Shown here in pieces: positions 9,235 to 17,119 of a stretch of DNA of 26,022 nucleotides (positions are counted from its first letter, which is position 1; the number at the start of each line of letters is the position of its first letter). Below the pieces are notes generated by a model. It did no database searches, had not been told where the DNA came from, and worked only from the letters and a program-made list of their open reading frames with translations. The stretch spans positions 1 through 26,022 of the forward strand of contig JBBQFG010000042.1 in assembly GCA_038321765.1 (NCBI GenBank), in the 5' to 3' direction. A program made the position numbers and the translations under genes. Origin of the DNA: Elainellales cyanobacterium. Its GTDB lineage: Bacteria; Cyanobacteriota; Cyanobacteriia; Elainellales; Elainellaceae.

Positions 9235-9711
9235 ATGAAGACGAATGCTGTCCGTATTCTCGAAAAACTAGAGATTCCCTACGAACTACGCGAGTATGAG
9301 GTTGATCCCGATGACTTGGCGGCTGAGTCGGTAGCGGCCAAGATTGGATTAGATCCAGAGCGGGTATTCAAAACGCTAGTGGTGAGGGGCGATCGCACGG
9401 GTATTATTTTGGCGGTGATCCCCGGCAATACACAACTCGATTTAAAGGCTTTAGCCCAGATTTCTGGCAATCGCAAGGTTGAAACCGCTCCGCTCAAGGA
9501 CGTGCAGCCACTCACAGGCTACATTCGGGGTGGCGTTACTGCCCTAGCCTGCAAAAAAGACTATCCCGTCTACATAGACGAGATGATGCAAGTCTTTGAA
9601 CTCATTTCCATTTCCGCTGGGGTAAGAGGCACACAGATTTTACTGGCTCCCGACAGCTATTGTCGAGCAGTCAAGGGAACGTGGGGGGCGATCGCCCAAG
9701 ACAAAACATAA
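9235..9711 (+). CDS. ybaK: Cys-tRNA(Pro)/Cys-tRNA(Cys) deacylase YbaK
   Basis: 'MKTNAVRILEKLEIPYELREYEVDPDD...' and 'GYIRGGVTAL' are typical of YbaK/EbsC. The caller's longer ORF (from 9160) would begin inside MITE copy A5, so I prefer the ATG at 9235. Confidence 0.8.
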   Translation: MKTNAVRILEKLEIPYELREYEVDPDDLAAESVAAKIGLDPERVFKTLVVRGDRTGIILAVIPGNTQLDLKALAQISGNRKVETAPLKDVQPLTGYIRGGVTALACKKDYPVYIDEMMQVFELISISAGVRGTQILLAPDSYCRAVKGTWGAIAQDKT

Positions 9712-9765
9712 TTTAGCCGTGATTCAGCAGATTCTTTGCGGATTCTTTGACAGAGTTTTTATCTA

Positions 9766-9861
9766 ATAGGACTTACGCAGTTGAATGAATTTGCGGGCGC
9801 GGCGCGCCCGCAAATTCATTCAACTTTCTTGGTTCTTCGTGTGAGGTGCGTAAGTCCTATC
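9766..9861 (+). repeat. two-level hairpin element family C copy C1 (between convergent ybaK and the 302-aa gene; possible bidirectional terminator)
   Basis: Outer 13-bp stem 'taggacttacgca'/'tgcgtaagtccta' encloses an inner ~21-bp perfect stem 'ttgaatgaatttgcgggcgcg/gcgcgcccgcaaattcattcaa' and a 25-nt tail 'ctttcttggttcttcgtgtgaggtg'. Confidence 0.7.
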
Positions 9862-9873
9862 TAAAAGAGAGGG

Positions 9874-10782
9874 TTAAAGTTCCGCTACAGCCCGCTCAAT
9901 CAACCGACGCGCCAACGTTTGAGTCCCCGTATGGGCGTAGTACTTAACTGCAATATCCAAGAAAGCGCCCAAGTAATCTAGCTTGTCTTTGGTCACATCA
10001 ACAAACTTGGTCAGATTGTCGATCACCTTATCCTGAGTCAGGCTGTTGGATGCAACAAAACTGCCCATCCAGCCCTTGACCGAGTCAAAGCTTTCACCAA
10101 TAAAGTTCAGCTTGCCTTCGGAATTGTTACCGGGGATCAAGTCGCTGACTCCCTTAAAGGTTTGGTTTTGCTCTAGTTCTTTGGGACTCAAGCCCTGAAT
10201 AGTTGCCGTTCCCTTCTGGATAAAGTCAGGCCCTAGCGGGATTAAACCGTCGAAACAGACAAGTGCCGCCATCCGCATTAAGGATTCGCCACTATAGTCG
10301 CCCAACGCGCCTAAAAAGTCGCCGATGCTATCGCCAGGAATGCCATTGATTTGGCAAAATGCAACCAACTCTGTTACGAGCTTGATTGTGAGATCAATAC
10401 TCTGAGCCTTCTCAGGCTTAGGAGTCAAACGGTCTAGGAATCCCAGGAAAGATATGTCTTGACCAATTTTGTTAGCCATAGCAGCCGCACCCAAGGCACC
10501 CGACGCGCTATCTACCGTCTGATAGAGCCAGTGGGCGCGTTGGTAACCCTGAGACTTGTCGTTGAACAAGGCAACAGCCCGCTCGCCAATTTGCTGAATC
10601 ATGGCGGGGTCAGTTTCGCCCGTCACCGTTTGGATGGTCTTGTTGAAACCAGTCAAATTTTGCCACTGCCCTGGAATCACGAAGTCGAGCGACTTCAGCG
10701 CCATCACGGTCACACCACCCGTAGGCAGTTCGTCCACGAGTTCGTAAATGGGTTTGCTCATAATCAAAACTCTCTCAATCAC
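9874..10782 (-). CDS. conserved hypothetical protein (302 aa)
   Basis: Long ORF on the expected coding strand. No recognisable domain. An alternative start at Met8 (10761) is possible. Confidence 0.5.
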   Translation of the reverse strand: MIERVLIMSKPIYELVDELPTGGVTVMALKSLDFVIPGQWQNLTGFNKTIQTVTGETDPAMIQQIGERAVALFNDKSQGYQRAHWLYQTVDSASGALGAAAMANKIGQDISFLGFLDRLTPKPEKAQSIDLTIKLVTELVAFCQINGIPGDSIGDFLGALGDYSGESLMRMAALVCFDGLIPLGPDFIQKGTATIQGLSPKELEQNQTFKGVSDLIPGNNSEGKLNFIGESFDSVKGWMGSFVASNSLTQDKVIDNLTKFVDVTKDKLDYLGAFLDIAVKYYAHTGTQTLARRLIERAVAEL

Positions 10783-10842
10783 GTCTTTAGAAATGTCTTC
10801 GCCAAAATCAACCTACTCAGTAACCCAACCATTCATCGCCGT

Positions 10843-11358
10843 TTATTTCAGCTTTGACAAGCCAGTCAAGTCAAATTTTTGCAACCAAGCGCGACGGTTT
10901 TCTTTGGTGAAAGACGGATCACGGGTGAGAGCTTTGACCTGATACCGATCAGAAACTAGCAGTCCTGTTTGGGTAGCACCAATTTCCAAGACGGGGTAGC
11001 CCGACAGTTTTTCGGTACTGGCCTGATATTTTTGTGCAGCACTAGGCAAGCTTGTAGTATCTGAAATAGACAGCATGCCTACATCTTTGCCATTTTGCTT
11101 GAGCTTTGCTTCAGCAAACCCCTTCTTTTCTTGAACAAATACAACGTCATAGCCTTGGGCAGAAGAGGGGAAAAATTTGTTAAAGCTGCTGCCTTGCTCG
11201 GCATTTTTATCAACAGCCGCAGGAGCACCTTTCTGGGTCGTCTCTTCTTGTACCTGGGCGTAGGGCGAGTCGTCGGCTTTGCTGCAAGCTGTCGTAAACA
11301 ACAGGGTAGACAGCAGTAGGGCGGCTAGGGCGTTGCGCCAGCGGGGAAGGAACATCAT
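10843..11358 (-). CDS. hypothetical lipoprotein (171 aa)
   Basis: Signal peptide ending in lipobox 'LFTTAC', followed by a hydrophilic mature region. Confidence 0.5.
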   Translation of the reverse strand: MMFLPRWRNALAALLLSTLLFTTACSKADDSPYAQVQEETTQKGAPAAVDKNAEQGSSFNKFFPSSAQGYDVVFVQEKKGFAEAKLKQNGKDVGMLSISDTTSLPSAAQKYQASTEKLSGYPVLEIGATQTGLLVSDRYQVKALTRDPSFTKENRRAWLQKFDLTGLSKLK

Positions 11359-11749
11359 ACTCTCCTTTGCAAATTATCTAGAGGGGGTGCCTGATTCAGA
11401 AGCGGTTAGACTCTGGGCTTCCATGATGAAGCATACCGTTTTCGCCTGTGTCTGTTGTGGTTGCTGCTGAAAAGTTTAATAGATGGCGATGTGGATAAAA
11501 ATTATGGATAGAGATTAAGTGGGGCGATCGCCCACGTTCTCAACCAATTGGGAACTTAAGAGTTCCGCACTCTAGAGGACAGGCTACATACTCTTAAATT
11601 CCAACAGCTCCAATTGGCGCTGAGCGCTTCTGATCTAGACAGACTACAGTCGGACTCAGAATTTAGTCAGACACTTAATTATCGATGACAGCGCCTTCTC
11701 TTAGCTCTACCGTCAGACAGGCTTTATCATTAGCGTTGTACTAGATTTT

Positions 11750-12652
11750 GTGCCGTTGGCTAACGCCATGTCTTTTGTCAGTTCGTCTGATAGTTCCCTG
11801 GTTAATCGAACCGCGATCGCCCAAACTCCAATTCAACGCCTCTTCTCCTGGCTCAATCCCATCTTGCTGGTCGTGGGAGCGGGCATAGTTCTGTTGCCTC
11901 TGGCAGTGGTCATGGTGACATCCTTTTTACCGCCAGATTTGCCCTCTGCGCCGGGGCTGAGCGGCAATTTGCCTCAACAGTGGACGTGGGCAAATTATCA
12001 GGCCGCCTGGACACGGGGCAATTTTCTGTTGGCGTTCGCCAATTCTACGCTGGTCGCTGTGGCGGTAACCTTGCTTCAGCTTGTGACCTCGGCGCTGGCT
12101 GGGTATGCTCTGGCGCGGCTGCGGTTTGGCGGACGGCAGGCAATATTGCTGCTGGTGCTGGTAACGCTAGTCATTCCCTTCCAGCTTTTGGTCATTCCTA
12201 TTTTTTTGGTTTTAAAAGCGGGGCACTTAATTAACACCTACGGCGCACTCATTTTGCCAACGGCAGTGAATGGATTCGGCATCTTTTTACTGCGCCAGTT
12301 TTTTGAAACAATTCCCGTGGAGCTGGAGGAAGCAGCCACCCTTGACGGAGCAACCCGGTTGCAGGTGCTGTGGCAAGTAGTACTGCCGCTGGCGCGTCCG
12401 GCGTTGGTGACGCTATTTTTATTCTCTTTTATTGGCGAGTGGAACGATTTGTTCAAACCGCTGGTGTTTACGACTCGACCTGAACTCCGCACTGTACAAC
12501 TGGCTCTGGCAGAATTTCAGGAACAATTCACCAATAGCTGGTCGCTGATGATGGCGGCTGTTGTGATAGCTACGTTGCCCATTGTGCTGTTGTTTTTGTT
12601 AGGACAGCGCCAGTTTATTCGAGGAATTGCGGCGACGGGGATCAAAAATTAG
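11750..12652 (+). CDS. carbohydrate-type ABC transporter permease (MalG/UgpE-like)
   Basis: EAA loop 'EEAATLDGATRLQVLWQVVLPLARPAL' and about 6 TM helices. The start could be the Met at 11768. Confidence 0.8.
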   Translation: MPLANAMSFVSSSDSSLVNRTAIAQTPIQRLFSWLNPILLVVGAGIVLLPLAVVMVTSFLPPDLPSAPGLSGNLPQQWTWANYQAAWTRGNFLLAFANSTLVAVAVTLLQLVTSALAGYALARLRFGGRQAILLLVLVTLVIPFQLLVIPIFLVLKAGHLINTYGALILPTAVNGFGIFLLRQFFETIPVELEEAATLDGATRLQVLWQVVLPLARPALVTLFLFSFIGEWNDLFKPLVFTTRPELRTVQLALAEFQEQFTNSWSLMMAAVVIATLPIVLLFLLGQRQFIRGIAATGIKN

Positions 12653-12673
12653 GACTTTATCCCTCTTCTTCCT

Positions 12674-13738
12674 TTATCCTTCTTCTTCGGGGATGACCTG
12701 GAGCCGAATCATGCGCGATGTGCCGCTGGCGGGGTCGCCCAGTTGCAGTTCGAGCGTTTCGCCCGATAGCGGCGACAGGTAGGCCAGCAGCGATCGCAAA
12801 TTAGGGGTGCTGCTGCCGCTATCGACATAGACGCGATCGCACAACCCAGTAACCCGTTTCCAGGTGGTGTAGAGTTTGGCGATCGCCTGTTCTAACTGTG
12901 CCGCCTGGTTGACCAAATCGGCGGTAGCGTTAAGACAGCCTACCCGCATCGCTTCTTCTAGGGCACTTTCTAGGTCTAAGCCTTCGTGGGTCAGCGCCTG
13001 TACCTGAGTGGCGGCAGCCAGGTACTTGGCTAAGTAGCGAGCCTCAGCGGTGACTTGCTTGATGGTATCGACATCGGGATTTTCTGCCACTTCAGCGCGC
13101 AGATGCTGTTGATGCGAGTCGGGTAATTTTTCCATCTCGCGCACGAGCGGAGCCAGGTAGCGGGTCGGCAAGGTGTTATCCGCCGCTTTTTCTTTGACCT
13201 CGACAGGCAGTAGGTCAGAGGTCATGGCTGTCCACTCGTCAGAGAGTTGCCGTACCTCGCGGCGGGTAATTTTGTCGCCCCGGCGAGCCGCTTCGCTCAC
13301 CATCTGTTTGACTTCGGGCGAGGCTTGCGCCGTTTCGACAAAGGCTCGCTTGCTAAAGCGATTGACATCACCTGGCTCTAGCAACCCGTCATCAAACATG
13401 GTGTCGGCACTGTCGGCCAGCTCAATCAACACATAGGCCTGACTTTTGCTGATTTCCCGATCCTTCAGCCAGTTGAGAAACCCAATGCTACCAGGATTGG
13501 TGCCGTGTTTTTCGCGATCGCGCACTACCCGCAAGATTCGCCCTCGCCAAATGTCGGTTTGCAGGTCAAAGCGATCGCACACCTGCCACGCTGCCTCAAT
13601 CTGCTGCTGAAAATCGTGTTCCGAAAGTTGATCATCGTCAGCATTGGGTAGCGTGAAGCTAAGTTCTACCTCATTGGGGCTATTGAGTAAATCGGTCGCG
13701 AAAGCAGCAGTCATGGTCAACCCGGTGAATGGAAACAA
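12674..13738 (-). CDS. conserved hypothetical protein (354 aa)
   Basis: Long ORF with no recognisable domain. The start is probably Met9 (13714). Confidence 0.5.
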   Translation of the reverse strand: MFPFTGLTMTAAFATDLLNSPNEVELSFTLPNADDDQLSEHDFQQQIEAAWQVCDRFDLQTDIWRGRILRVVRDREKHGTNPGSIGFLNWLKDREISKSQAYVLIELADSADTMFDDGLLEPGDVNRFSKRAFVETAQASPEVKQMVSEAARRGDKITRREVRQLSDEWTAMTSDLLPVEVKEKAADNTLPTRYLAPLVREMEKLPDSHQQHLRAEVAENPDVDTIKQVTAEARYLAKYLAAATQVQALTHEGLDLESALEEAMRVGCLNATADLVNQAAQLEQAIAKLYTTWKRVTGLCDRVYVDSGSSTPNLRSLLAYLSPLSGETLELQLGDPASGTSRMIRLQVIPEEEG

Positions 13739-13856
13739 TTGCGTTTTTACGCCATGCTGGTAGCAGCATTGATGTCATGGTTGTTGAAAGCACAGTCTTC
13801 TGCCTGCGTTTCCAACAATCATGATTAAGATTCAGAATTAAGGGTCAGAACTACGT

Positions 13857-13963
13857 TAAGTAGATGGGCGTAATTAAATATAAAACCTTAAAGGTCTGCG
13901 CCGACCGCTGCGCGGACGACGCAGACTTTCAGAATCTTGTTTTTATTTAGGTTGAACTACTTA
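13857..13963 (+). mobile_element. MITE family A copy A6 (diverged)
   Basis: 'TAagtagatgggcgtaattaaatataaaaccttaaaggtctgcgccgaccgc-tgcg-cggacgacgcagactttcag...ttatttaggttgaactactTA'. Confidence 0.75.
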
Positions 13964-13984
13964 GAAACGAGAAACGATTGCACG

Positions 13985-14476
13985 TTAGCCGGTTATAGCC
14001 CGCACCAATAACGTCACCAGCGTTGCAATCAATACGGTTATTAGTAGGGCGATCGCCACCACCACCACCGCAATAAAAATCACAAAGCCACGATCGGCGG
14101 CAAGGCTCTCATCTGGATTGGCAGCATGAACCTCTAATAGAGCCAGGTTCTTAGAATTTGCCTTCCAAGTCGCGTCAAAAAAATCGCCCAGCAGCGGCAT
14201 TGTACCCAACACCCCATCTAATGCCAAATTGCCAACCATGCGTACCAACGTGTCTCTAGGCAGTCCAAAGCGCAAGGCTTCTAACACGATGTAGGCTGAA
14301 AGCATAGTCCCCACCGTATCTCCTCCACCCGGAATTAGCCCCATAATCGGGTCTAGCCCAATTCGATAGGTTGTACCGGGAATCAGGATAGCATTGTCGA
14401 GTACATGGGTTAGCGTCCGAATGCGCTGCAAGGCATTGGCTTTTGCTAACACTTTAGACTCAGATTCGATAGACAT
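13985..14476 (-). CDS. DUF4112-like small membrane protein
   Basis: 'IPGTTYRIGLDPIMGLIPGGGDTVG' core plus a C-terminal TM helix. This resembles the DUF4112 family from memory, and I cannot confirm it here. Confidence 0.45.
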   Translation of the reverse strand: MSIESESKVLAKANALQRIRTLTHVLDNAILIPGTTYRIGLDPIMGLIPGGGDTVGTMLSAYIVLEALRFGLPRDTLVRMVGNLALDGVLGTMPLLGDFFDATWKANSKNLALLEVHAANPDESLAADRGFVIFIAVVVVAIALLITVLIATLVTLLVRAITG

Positions 14477-14555
14477 AACCAGCTACAGCTTTTGGGGCAG
14501 ATTGTAGCTTACTCTAGGACGCTTGCTAACACAACCAGCGCTAGAGCGAGGCTAT

Positions 14556-14617
14556 ACAGATCTCGAACTCTGCTGCGCCCGCGCAGTGGGCGCAGCAGAG
14601 TTCGAGATCTGTTTTTG
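14556..14617 (+). terminator. 57-bp perfect palindrome followed by a T-run (intrinsic-terminator-like for + strand transcription; related to the family A stem core)
   Basis: 'acagatctcgaactctgctgcgcccgc-gcagt-gggcgcagcagagttcgagatctgt' followed by 'ttttt'. Both flanking genes are on the minus strand. Confidence 0.5.
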
Positions 14618-14651
14618 AATGATGCTGGGCTTTGAAATGACGCTGGGGTGC

Positions 14652-14849
14652 TTATTCCACTACTATGTGTTCTAGCGATCGCGGATTGTCGATAATTTTG
14701 GAGGCATCTTTAATTTGCAAGGCCACAATTTTATCTTCTGCGTCGTAGTCTACGATGACGCCGGGTCTGCTTTCGCTAAAGTCTTCAACCGTTACATCGC
14801 GAAAGACAATGCGAACGACATCGGTGGCTACGTCATAGATCACTTTCAT
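14652..14849 (-). CDS. DUF2283-family small protein
   Basis: 'MKVIYDVATDVVRIVFRD' matches the DUF2283 N-terminal pattern (M-K-x-x-YD-x-x-D-x-x-Y-I). 65 aa. Confidence 0.55.
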   Translation of the reverse strand: MKVIYDVATDVVRIVFRDVTVEDFSESRPGVIVDYDAEDKIVALQIKDASKIIDNPRSLEHIVVE

Positions 14850-15017
14850 CGGGGTTCACGCTCACTGTTAAATTGTTTTTAGTGGATGCGACCAGATTAC
14901 GCCCAATATGGCAAAAATATTGCAAGCAAACAGACTACATGAGTCTACAGATGAGGCGCGTCTTATAGTCACATTACTAAGTTTGGTTGATCATACCCTG
15001 GACATTCTGGTCAACGT

Positions 15018-15836
15018 ATGGAATCTCGTGGGGTAGACTCTGGCGATGCTGTCTTGGCAGCTAGACGGCTGCTGATTTTAGGAGGGACGAGTGAGGCGGT
15101 TAGCTTAGCGGCACAGGCGGTGGCGTTGGCTTGCCTGCGCGGAGCGCGTATCGCCAACCTCAGCGTCATTACCTCATTGGCAGGGCGCACCCAACAGCCG
15201 CTGGCGGTGCCGGGAGAGTTGCGAGTGGGAGGCTTTGGCGGCGAGGCTGGACTAATTTCCTACCTGCGAGAGTACCGTATTGATCTGTTGATCGATGCAA
15301 CCCATCCCTTTGCTGCTCAAATGTCTTGGCACGCCGCCACCGCCGCCGCAGTTTGTAGAATACCTCACCTGCTGTTACAGCGTCCGGCATGGCAGCCTGT
15401 TGCAGGCGATCGCTGGATTGACGTTCCCACTCATGCAGCGGCGGCAGCAGCGTTGCCAAGCGAAGCTCAGCGCGTGTTTCTGACCATTGGTCGCCAAGAA
15501 TTGGCTGCTTTTGCCCATTTGACCAACCGCTGGTGGCTAATGCGGATGATTGATCCACCTACTGCAACGGCGCTGGTGCCGCCTGGGGAAATTTTGCTAG
15601 AGCGCGGCCCGTTTAGCTTGGAACACGAGCGATCGCTGTTAAACCGCTACAAAATTGACGTAATAGTTAGCAAAAACAGCGGCGGTAATGCTACCTACGC
15701 CAAAATCGCAGCCGCACGGGAACTGGGAATTCCGGTCGTCATGGTGCAGCGATCGCCTACTCCCCCGGCAGAGCGCGTGGCCGATGTGGAGGGGGCGATC
15801 GGCTGGTTACGCCAGCAATTAGCCGCTAGCAATTAG
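15018..15836 (+). CDS. cobK: precorrin-6A / cobalt-precorrin-6A reductase
   Basis: 'LILGGTSEA' N-terminal motif and 'VSKNSGG' are both typical of CobK/CbiJ. Confidence 0.75.
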   Translation: MESRGVDSGDAVLAARRLLILGGTSEAVSLAAQAVALACLRGARIANLSVITSLAGRTQQPLAVPGELRVGGFGGEAGLISYLREYRIDLLIDATHPFAAQMSWHAATAAAVCRIPHLLLQRPAWQPVAGDRWIDVPTHAAAAAALPSEAQRVFLTIGRQELAAFAHLTNRWWLMRMIDPPTATALVPPGEILLERGPFSLEHERSLLNRYKIDVIVSKNSGGNATYAKIAAARELGIPVVMVQRSPTPPAERVADVEGAIGWLRQQLAASN

Positions 15837-15857
15837 CCGCCAGCAATTAGGCGATCG
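15814..15857. repeat. 3 x ~14 bp tandem repeat ('cagcaattagccgc') spanning the cobK stop codon and the cobK-ureG intergenic spacer
   Basis: 'gccagcaattagccgctagcaattagccgccagcaattaggcg'. It creates a 'QQLAASN*' C-terminus with downstream echoes. Confidence 0.6.
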
Positions 15858-16493
15858 CTAAGGGGTGGAAACAGCAGCGATCGGTTCTACCAACAGCAAC
15901 ACATCCCGCTCAATCCACTCAATGACTTCAGCCAACCCCTCTCCTGTACGCAGATTGGTGAACAAAAACGGACGAGTCCCCCGCATCCGCAAAGAGTCGC
16001 GCTCCATCACGCCCAAATCGGCACCGACGTAGGGAGCTAAGTCAATTTTATTGATTATAAGCAGCGGTGACTTGGTAATGCCGGGGCCACCTTTGCGCGG
16101 AATTTTGTCGCCTTCGGCCACGTCAATCACATAAATATGGCTGTCTACCAGCTCGGGGCTAAAAGTGGCCGCTAAATTATCGCCACCGCTTTCAACAAAC
16201 AAAATATCCAGCTCAGGATGGAGCAGCACCATTTCCTCCACGGCGCTGAGGTTGATCGAAATATCGTCTCGAATGGCCGAATGAGGACAGCCGCCCGTTT
16301 CCACGCCGCGAATCCGATCGGGACTCAGCACGCCTTGGCGGGTCAAAAACTCGGCATCTTCTTTGGTAAAAATATCATTGGTGATGACGGCAATCGAATA
16401 GTGCTGGCTCAGAGTGCGGCAGAGCTGTTCTACTAAGGCCGTTTTGCCTGACCCAACGGGGCCACCGACACCAATTCTGACGGGTTTTCGCAT
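15858..16493 (-). CDS. ureG: urease accessory GTPase UreG
   Basis: P-loop 'GGPVGSGKT', 'ESGGDNL' and 'INKIDL', with full-length collinearity to UreG. Confidence 0.9.
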   Translation of the reverse strand: MRKPVRIGVGGPVGSGKTALVEQLCRTLSQHYSIAVITNDIFTKEDAEFLTRQGVLSPDRIRGVETGGCPHSAIRDDISINLSAVEEMVLLHPELDILFVESGGDNLAATFSPELVDSHIYVIDVAEGDKIPRKGGPGITKSPLLIINKIDLAPYVGADLGVMERDSLRMRGTRPFLFTNLRTGEGLAEVIEWIERDVLLLVEPIAAVSTP

Positions 16494-16547
16494 AGCGTAT
16501 GAGTCCTAGGTTGCAGGCGTGAATCGACTGACGCCAGCAGTTTACCA

Positions 16548-17054
16548 TCAAGTATCTGCATGGGGAGGGGGCAGATCATGGCGATGTGTCTGATGGCTGG
16601 AATGCTCATGACTGCTGGATTGGAACATATACTGTTTACCCACAAAAGGGGTGAGGCGCTGCTCGTAGGGCACCGCCAGTCGCTCTAGCATCTCGGCAAT
16701 CATGGCATCTGCCGGGGTCAGCAGTGCAGTCTGAGTAAAGCGCACGGGGCGGTGCAAGTTACCCAGTTGAAACCCCACGATGCCCCAGGTGAGGGCATCC
16801 CCCGGAGTAATGACCAGTACCTGTTCTGGAGCTGCCTGGACGGCGATCGCCACCCCATCGGCGATCGCCAACACGTCTCCATCCAATAGTTCTGTGCCTC
16901 GTGGCAGCGACACCCGCAGTGTGCGACCCCCCACACTGTGCAGCACCCCATGGGGACTCAACCGCTCCTCTGCTGTGAGCACCACAAAATCGGTCTCACT
17001 GTACTGATTTTGTAGATCTGCCAAGGTTCCCAGAATTGTTGCAATCACCGTCAC
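16548..17054 (-). CDS. ureE: urease accessory protein UreE
   Basis: 'LGNLHRPV' (the UreE GNRH-like motif) and a His-rich C-terminal tail 'SSSHEHSSHQTHRHD'. Confidence 0.75.
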   Translation of the reverse strand: MTVIATILGTLADLQNQYSETDFVVLTAEERLSPHGVLHSVGGRTLRVSLPRGTELLDGDVLAIADGVAIAVQAAPEQVLVITPGDALTWGIVGFQLGNLHRPVRFTQTALLTPADAMIAEMLERLAVPYEQRLTPFVGKQYMFQSSSHEHSSHQTHRHDLPPPHADT

Positions 17055-17119
17055 GGCTGTTTTACTCCGCCCTGCATTCAGGTTTGGGCATGTCCTCTAG
17101 CCAGAGTTTACAGTTCCAG

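Noticed and set aside
10459-10857. Antisense ORFs, together with 7307-7513, 7825-8073, 7911-8270, 17522-18835 and others
   Set aside because: They are embedded antisense or out of frame within strongly supported genes (the hypothetical 302-aa gene, metG, flotillin). They are typical of GC-rich, HIP1-rich sequence.
14850-15017. Cobalamin riboswitch upstream of cobK
   Set aside because: No B12-box-like (GCCACUG) or other recognisable cobalamin riboswitch element in the 5' region.
16433-16645. 70-aa ORF overlapping the ureE 3' end and ureG 5' end
   Set aside because: It is same-strand, out of frame, and inside two well-supported genes.
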